NCBI RefSeq assembly: GCF_001194135.2
Contig: NC_068988.1
Span: forward strand, 5,883,144 to 5,927,107
Length of the DNA: 43,964 bases
Direction of reading: 5' to 3'
Source: Octopus bimaculoides
Taxonomy: Eukaryota
A model generated the notes under the pieces. It was not told where the DNA came from. It saw only the letters and a list, made by a program, of their open reading frames with translations, and ran no database searches. Shown here in pieces: positions 35,869 to 43,964 of the stretch. The translations under genes and the position numbers were made by a program. The first letter of the stretch is position 1, and each line of letters begins with the position of its first letter.

Positions 35869-36244
35869 CCTATTGTTTTCGCTATTTTTATTCTTATTCT
35901 TATCACTGATCTTGTTGTCATTGCTACTATCGCTGTTTTTATAATTCTTGTTGTTGTTACTGCTGCTTTCAATCGGTTCGGAGACGATACGAAAGATTTA
36001 CGGTAAAAGACAGACTAGATGTGACATTTCCGACTTTTGCTCAAACACATTTTATCTACAATTACAATACCCAAAGTGTAATTTATTTTCAAAAAATAAA
36101 TGACGGTAAATGGTGAATTGAGGGAGATTTGGCTACTAGTTTTAGCAGGTCCGCGATGGCTTAAATGCTTTTTCGTCTGTTCCTACACGAATATGTACTT
36201 CCCAGATTTGTCATAACCAACAAATGCCTTATAGACTACAACAC

Positions 36245-36630
36245 ACTCACTCTCTCTCTCCCTCACTCTCTCTCTCCCTCACTCTCTCTCTCCCTCACTC
36301 TCTCTCTCCCTCACTCTCTCTCTCNNNNNNNNNNNNNNNNNNNNNNNNNNNNNNNNNNNNNNNNNNNNNNNNNNNNNNNNNNNNNNNNNNNNNNNNNNNN
36401 NNNNNNNNNNNNNNNNNNNNNNNNNNNNNNNNNNNNNNNNNNNNNNNNNNNNNNNNNNNNNNNNNNNNNNNNNNNNNNNNNNNNNNNNNNNNNNNNNNNN
36501 NNNNNNNNNNNNNNNNNNNNNNNNNNNNNNNNNNNNNNNNNNNNNNNNNNNNNNNNNNCTCACTCTCTCTCTCCCTCACTCTCTCTCTCCCTCACTCTCT
36601 CTCTCCCTCACTCTCTCTCTCCCTCTCTCC
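36245..36630. repeat. 16-bp pyrimidine minisatellite (cctcactctctctctc)n spanning a gap
   Basis: Direct reading on both sides of the gap. Confidence 0.9.
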
Positions 36631-36925
36631 TCTCTCTCTTCCTCTCACTATCTATTACTCTCACACACTTTCTCTCACTCTCTTTTTCTCTCTCTTTCTC
36701 ATTCTCTCCTCCGTGTGTCTTTGAACTCAAAAATTGTAACAAGATCCTCAGAGTATATCGTCCGACAATTTTGTAGAGTCTCTGCTACATAGAGAGCTTT
36801 GTGTATGTACTTATGTCTGCATGGTTATGCCTATGTATATGTACATGCACACACTTGTATACGTATATGTGCTTATAAGTGGGTGGATATGTGTGTGTAT
36901 AATATATACATATACGCACATACAA

Positions 36926-36976
<51 letters not shown>

Positions 36977-37361
36977 NNNNNNNNNNNNNNNNNNNNNNNN
37001 NNNNNNNNNNNNNNNNNNNNNNNNNNNNNNNNNNNNNNNNNNNNNNNNNNNNNNNNNNNNNNNNNNNNNNNNNNNNNNNNNNNNNNNNNNNNNNNNNNNN
37101 NNNNNNNNNNNNNNNNNNNNNNNNNNNNNNNNNNNNNNNNNNNNNNNNNNNNNNNNNNNNNNNNNNNNNNNNNNNNNNNNNNNNNNNNNNNNNNNNNNNN
37201 NNNNNNNNNNNNNNNNNNNNNNNNNNNNNNNNNNNNNNNNNNNNNNNNNNNNNNNNNNNNNNNNNNNNNNNNNNNNNNNNNNNNNNNNNNNNNNNNNNNN
37301 NNNNNNNNNNNNNNNNNNNNNNNNTATATATATATATATATGTATGCATGTATTCTATTCA

Positions 37362-37745
37362 CATAAGAATCGCACACGCAGAATTTTTGGAATGTCTTAC
37401 AAATCTTCACTGTACCACTAATTGATTGGATCTGGAGAATCCGCGTGTTTCTTTTAATTTTCTCTGTGAAACCGCGCATGATTTTCTTTAAGCTTTATTT
37501 AAGTTCTTGAAAGAATTCAAGCCGGTTGCTAACAAAGTAACAAGACTTTTTGAGTGAAGATAGTTCCCAGTATTGGTAAATATGTGGTTGAGCTGGTGTG
37601 TTGGTTGAACTGTCGATGTATACATCCAATTGTCCACATCTATTCGCATAAAAATCTCACATGTAAAATTTCTGGAAAGTCTTATGAATCTTCACTGTGC
37701 TACCAATAAAGTGGATTTGGAGAATCCGCGTCAATTTCTTTTGAA
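37362..37745 (-). mobile_element. Two abutting 3' fragments of RLE family X
   Basis: RILQIQSISGTVKICKTFQKF (37366-37480); the second copy 37484-37745 carries the 3'UTR. Confidence 0.75.
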
Positions 37746-37864
37746 ACGGAGTGTTTCGAGATTTTTGCGCAAATCTATTGATACATAACCTAATGCAACT
37801 ATGATGATATGTACAAATGAGGGTTTATAATCATATATGTAAGTATGTAGTGAGAATTTACACA

Positions 37865-38000
37865 AAAAACAAAAGACGAAGACGAGTGGTGTAGACAACA
37901 AACAGATGTATTAGTTTAACGCTCGGGAAGTGAGAACGTCTTTACGTTTCGAGCCTACGCTCTTCGACAGAAAGGAACGCGGAAATAAACAAGAGAAAAT
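37865..38000 (-). mobile_element. Short PLE-type unit carrying a hammerhead variant; partial sister copy at 30838-30920
   Basis: aaagacgaagac..gtgtag..aaca....aga.gt.t.ag.ttaacgctcggga is shared with 30842-30900. Confidence 0.6.
37938..37975 (-). ncRNA. Minimal hammerhead-like motif with CUGUCGA core
   Basis: tttCTGTCGAa-gagc-gtag-gctc-GAAAC-GTA-aag: stem II 4 bp, stem I 3 bp, GUA triplet, A6 replaced by U. Confidence 0.55.
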
Positions 38001-38019
38001 CTATGTATGTATTATTATT

Positions 38020-38358
38020 ATTTGTCTTTTTTTAGTTTAATTTAAGTTCTCGAGAAAGTTCAAGCCGGTCGCTAAGAAAGCGACAAGACTTTTGAGTTAA
38101 GAGAATTCCCGGTGTTTGTAAATATGTGGTTGAATTTGTGTTAGTTGAACTGTCGATTCACACATCCAACTGTGTGCATTTATTCACACAAGAATCTCAC
38201 ATAGAGAATTTCTGGAATGTCCCACAAATCTTCACTGTGCCACCAATTCAGTGAATTTCTAGAATCCGCGCCAGATTTTCTTTCTTTGCTCTTTTTCCGT
38301 GAAACCGAGTATTTCTCAGTTCTTGTGCTATTTTCTACGTTTTTTTTAACAAATTAGC
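38020..38358 (-). mobile_element. RLE family X 3' fragment with complete 3'UTR and A-rich end
   Basis: RILEIH*IGGTVKICGTFQKFSM*; UTR homologous to 37484-37745. Confidence 0.75.
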
Positions 38359-38723
38359 AATGTATGTATGTATGTATGTATGTATGTATGTATGTATGTA
38401 TGTATGTATGTATGTATATCTGCTAACGTTTAATAATAAAGATGAGAACTCATATTCCAATAGCGTTTCTTAGGCGATTCAAGCATAAATATGCCGGTTC
38501 TTAGCACATTTCTACGTTGACGTGTTTATAGTACAGAAGGAACGAATATCAGGATAAAGTGAAAAAAAAAAAAAGGTTTTAACCGATGAGAAACATTATA
38601 AGTTGAGGGAAAAAAATAATAGAAACGGGAAATAAAGTTTGGTTGTTGAGAAATATAACGGTTTGACAGAAAGCAGGTGAGAGAAAGTGAGCAAATGCTA
38701 TATATGTATGGAAAAGTGTGTGA

Positions 38724-38754
<31 letters not shown>

Positions 38755-38764
38755 NNNNNNNNNN

Positions 38765-38827
<63 letters not shown>

Positions 38828-39619
38828 GATAGATGGATGGATAGATAGATAGATAGATAGATAGATATGAATGCATAAACACACATTGAGAAACAGTAGC
38901 GTACATAATGGGAATGAATAGTAATTTCTTTGCTTGCGTTTTTCAATTCTTTTTCTTCCCTAAATAGGCAAACATATTCCATGCATTGGTTTATAAATGC
39001 ACCAACATACCTTCTGTCACAAAAGACTCTAACGATTTGAAAGCGTTAGTCATCTATCATTTCTTAATAACTACTTCTTTGCGCGGATCCAGAGTGAAAC
39101 AGAGGTAATTGTTAGCTATGGGCGCTATAAAAGAAAAACATTTACGGAAAATTTATCCGAGAATATATGATGTCAACTACATATTTCAAAAGGAAAATAA
39201 ATAGGCGAGTCTGTTGATGTAAACAATTGATCTATCAATAAATCGAAACACAAACACTAAGTTGTTTTGGAAGCGAAAGAGCTGGGGACCGCATCGTGCG
39301 TGTTTATAGAAATGTATGATTATAAATGGGGAATATATATTCGTACGTAAGGCAGTCAGTGTTTATGTTGGCGTGGTGTATAGATTTATGGCAGATTATA
39401 TGAAACCCCAGAATTTTAATAGCATTTATGTAGTATCGGCATCCGAAATGAGGATCTCTAAGTCAACGATTGGCCATTTCGATTTGAAGCTGATAGGGAT
39501 GTAACCGAGTACTACAAAATAGAATTATCGGCTGTTCCAAAGACTGAACCAATACGCGTACATACACGCACACACGCACACACACACATACATTCATACA
39601 TATACATTTATATATGAAT

Positions 39620-39777
39620 ATACGACGAGGTTCTTCCGTTTGTGTCAACCAATTCCACTCACAAGGCTCCGGTCGGCCCGAGGCAATAGTAGAGGCACTT
39701 GGCCAAGGTGCCACGCAGTGGGACTGAACCCGCAACCGTGTGGTCAAGAAATAATTTCCTTACCACATACCTACGCC
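39620..39777 (-). mobile_element. SINE S3 head
   Basis: Reverse complement of 20345-20512. Confidence 0.8.
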
Positions 39778-41060
39778 TATGATTTTTGGACTATAATCTG
39801 CATCTATAGGATGATTACAATATAATTTGTAATTGCCATGAATGCTAAAATATTAAAATAGCCAGGGATACTGAAAAAAAAAAAAATTTAAAAATATTAA
39901 TGAAGGCAGTTAGCCACCCTATCAGTATAAATAAATGTGCTTTTCACGCAGCTATAAGTGTTTAACTCTCATTTTTAGCAATAATTGTGCTTTTAGCACC
40001 CACAGTCACAATTAGTGACGACTACACTTTTCCTATTCGGCTTTGTATTGAGACCAGCTGCTTAGATTAATGTCTAGTATGTGTAAGAGAGAGAGAGAGA
40101 GTAATTTCGGTTTAGAATCATCCTGTGCTATTTATCCTAATGTAACGTATTTGAGAAAAGGAATTGTATCTAATATACAGAAACTCTTTTCAACGTGATT
40201 GATTGTTTAACAGGAAGTGTTTTGATCTCGGGCGGAAACTTGAAGGTTGAGATCGTTGAGACTACAATCAAATTGCTTAAAGTTGTATGCACACCACGAG
40301 TTCTTCACACCATCAATTATTTCCTTCTTTTGTTTTCGAACCATTGCTAGTTTAGTGATTGCATTGAATTTCTTGCGAGTAGTCATTCATAAAATACAGT
40401 TGACTAATTTTAGATTATAATGCACGGGTTAGTTTTTAAGCAGTTTCCAAATTTTAGCGTTAAATTCTAGTGAATTTACAAGTCTTCGTAGTCATCAAAA
40501 GTATTAGTTTGGAACATTTAATATGACCTCTTTGCTAACTTACTCGTTTCCGATTATCCATTAAACCCCAACATGGCTACCATTTCCTTCTTTTGTAGAT
40601 TTATAAGTTGGTGGTTTGCATTTCTTTCATATCAGCGACAACAGAAAGCTGACGCGCTACTGGCCGAACAATCGCGATAGCTGCCATATATGCTATATCT
40701 ACTGTGTACGCTCAGCGGCGAGTTTACTACGGAAGTGACAGCGTTTCATCATCGCAGTCAGTTGTGATACTCTGACCCTCAGAACGGCAATGAATACCTC
40801 TGAGAATCATGATTCATGATCTGCGCAATGAAACTTTCTTGTGGCATTGAGTAGAAGAAATTTCTCCACTGTCGTTACAAAGTAATTAACTCATCTGAAC
40901 GGGATTGTTCCAATGATAAGGCTGACCAAAGACTATGACCCGGGATGACTGATACTTCCTGCCAGCTGTATGGAACTGCGAAATTCCATGCTTTCCATCA
41001 TAGTTTGTTTTACTCCGAAGGTGTACCTTCTCCTCCCATTAACTTGTCTTCCTAGACTCG

Positions 41061-41127
41061 GCCCCATTGCTGCAGACTGGTGCATATACGTTGCCCCATT
41101 GCTGCAGACTGGTGCATATACGTTGCC
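41061..41127. repeat. Perfect 32-bp tandem duplication
   Basis: gccccattgctgcagactggtgcatatacgtt twice, then gcc. Confidence 0.95.
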
Positions 41128-41416
41128 TCAACAACGTCTAAATTGCCCGATTCAACTCTCTCGCTTCGACACGTTTTTTGGAGAATATGGAATTCATCAA
41201 TCCTAACATAGTTTTACAAGGCACTCCTTCACCCTTACAAATTTTCTATAACTTTGTCTACAACAATACATCACACGTTAACAAAGAAGTCATCCAATTT
41301 TTCACCTGATCTGCTAGAAATAGCAACCAATTCTCTTTCTCTCAAGAAACATGTGGTATCAAATATTAAAAAATCCCACAAAACTAAACGTAATATTCAA
41401 AGGGTAAAAAAAACGG

Positions 41417-41657
41417 TCTGTTTGCCCCCGCGTCGCCACTGGAAATCGGTGTTGGTGTGCTTGCGCCCCTCCCTGTAACTTAGCTTTTCAGCAAAAGAGA
41501 CCGATAGAATAACTATCGGTTCAAAAAAAAAAAAATTAAAATTAATAAATAAACCGATGAGTACTGGGGTCGATTTATTCGACTATGAAACTGCTCAAGG
41601 CGGTGCCCCAGCATGGTCGCAGTCTAATGACTGAAACAAGCGAAAGATAAAAGATAA
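41417..41657 (+). mobile_element. SINE module S5, degenerate
   Basis: gtaacttagc...aaagagaccgatagaataa...ggggtcgattt...ggcggtgccccagcatggtcgcagtctaatgactgaaacaag. Confidence 0.8.
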
Positions 41658-42210
41658 ACGATACTCTTTTCACCATATTTTCGAAACAAGGTGCATATCT
41701 TTTTGGGCACGATGCCCTTTATCCCTGACCGACAAACAAACAAAATAAATTAAATAAACACCCCACAGTTAATTCTGCGTGTCAAAGAGGGAAGCATCAG
41801 TAAATGCTTGACTTGAGCGAGATAGAAGATGTTGAATCCCTCTTAAATCTCGCACTGCAGACTTAGAACGGAGACTTAGAACAGAGAGGAAAAAACAAAA
41901 ACAAAAACAAACAGGAAGCAAATATTATATTATGTAATCGTAAATACATTTTAGGGGATAAATGGGGGGAAAAAAATAAAAAAAACAAAACAAGAAGGTT
42001 ATTGGTTGTTAGTAGTTTGATCACTTTTATTTAGAGGTTTATTCAATCAGAACTCATCAGGGAGTAATTAATCAGCAGAAGCAAGTAGTTAATTAATTCT
42101 CGGATTATGTTAACAGGGTGAAAGCAGTATCTTTGCTGGGAGCAGTGGAGGGAAATACTTAATCAGAAAGTGTCATAAACTGGATCGTTTCCTTTGAATC
42201 ATCAAATTTA

Positions 42211-42217
42211 TTGCCAC

Positions 42218-42305
<88 letters not shown>

Positions 42306-42399
42306 GTTCAGTAGTTTTATTTTTATAACGTGCTTTCACTTCACTACCGAGCGCAGCTCTGTGCGCCTTGGGTATGTGCTGTGGTTTGCTGTGGTGCTC

Positions 42400-42439
<40 letters not shown>

Positions 42440-42589
42440 AACTATTATTATTACTATTATTATTATCATTACAACTATTATTATAACTATTATTATTATT
42501 ATAACTATTATTATCATTATTATTATTATTAACTATTATTATTATTATTATTATTATTATCATTATAACTATTATTATAACTATTATTA

Positions 42590-42665
<76 letters not shown>

Positions 42666-42710
42666 CACCATCACCACCATCATCATCATCATCATCATCT
42701 TTATCCTTCT

Positions 42711-42769
<59 letters not shown>

Positions 42770-42771
42770 AC

Positions 42772-42810
<39 letters not shown>

Positions 42811-42961
42811 GCCGTTATCATCATCACCATCATCATCACCTTCGTCTTCAACATCATCATCATTATCTCATAATCATTACATGTACTAATATTATTAGTA
42901 CAACTGCTACTATCATAATCATCATTATCATCACCATATCACCATCATCATCAATATCATC

Positions 42962-43006
<45 letters not shown>

Positions 43007-43161
43007 GCCGTCGTCGTCGACGTCATCATCATCGATATTACTACTAATACTAATATTTCAACTAATACTACAATTGCTGTTATTATAACTATTATTTGTG
43101 TGATATTATTATTACTATTATTATTATTATAACTATTATTATCATTATTATTATTATTAAC

Positions 43162-43215
<54 letters not shown>

Positions 43216-43236
43216 CATTACAACTATTATTATAAC

Positions 43237-43311
<75 letters not shown>

Positions 43312-43360
43312 CATTATTATTATTATTATTATTATCATTACTATTATTATTATCATTATT
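42211..43360. repeat. ~1.1-kb compound trinucleotide field (ATT/ACT/ATC/AAT)n with internally duplicated blocks
   Basis: attataactattattatcattattattattattaactatt occurs at about 42495-42535 and 43125-43165. Confidence 0.9.
42303..42400 (-). mobile_element. 3'UTR-only copy of Dong-like family D1
   Basis: Closely matches 13507-13605 (ttcagtagttttattttta...cttcactaccgagcgcagctctgtg); (TTA)n on both sides. Confidence 0.9.
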
Positions 43361-43964
43361 ACTGAACAACAGTGACATTGATTATAAGCTTCCACTGAGC
43401 AAGTAATTGCTTCACTGCATTTCCTATGGCCACAAAGGTCTAAAAGTTTTATTTCTTATTTTTCCCAATTTCTATGCGCACTCGGCCTTTCAAAGCTGTT
43501 ATCTCATCGTCCATGATAGCTTTTGTCACAGGTTATAAAAAATTTACTCACCTGAATTTGAAATTGTTAATTAAAGTTGATGAATGCAAATAATTAGTTA
43601 AGAATTCCGAGAAGCTTTAATGGAATAATTTTGATTGCTGTAAATATTGGACGGAATATGTTTAAATAAGGATAATGTTGGTGGAGTTTATAATTAGAGG
43701 AGGGGATAGGAATTATTTATGCTGCTAATGTAGGATTAAATATGGGCGTGTGTGTGTATGTGAATATGTACGGGCATGGATCATATATACATACATATAT
43801 ATATAATTTATATAAGGGCATTAACTATATAGTAACGCCTCACGCTTAGAGGGACTAAATAAGTAAAAAAACTACCAAAAAAATAAGCAACATATTTACC
43901 GAAAGCGAGGAAATGCAGCTTTCAAAATTAATCTCTTAAAAACATTTAACTTAACGGTAAACCA

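Noticed and set aside
43540-43560. Minus-strand CAG|GTGAGT donor
   Set aside because: Upstream frames are AT-rich with no recognisable peptide, and I found no acceptor

Overview
AT-rich eukaryotic genomic DNA, very dense in microsatellites, with about 5 kb of N gaps. The SINE and LINE repertoire points to an octopod cephalopod draft assembly (inference from recalled repeat families, not a database hit). I can support no intact protein-coding gene, rRNA, true tRNA or CRISPR array; almost all supplied ORFs are microsatellite or gap artefacts. The window is a transposon graveyard. It holds several tRNA-derived SINE families, 3' fragments of four distinct restriction-like-endonuclease (RLE) non-LTR retrotransposons (two R4/Dong-like, one HERO-like, one unclassified), a Tx1/L1-like fragment, a Penelope-like (PLE) GIY-YIG relic, a mariner 5' end, a Tc1/mariner MITE and a Helentron-type non-autonomous element. 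The most unusual signals are: (i) PLE-type minimal hammerhead-ribozyme units that recur as head-to-head fold-backs, one apparently inserted as a 212-bp unit with a 10-bp target duplication inside a SINE; (ii) RLE retrotransposons that sit specifically in (TAA)n or (ACAT)n microsatellites; (iii) a perfect 83-bp inverted repeat; (iv) a CUGUCGA-core hammerhead variant.
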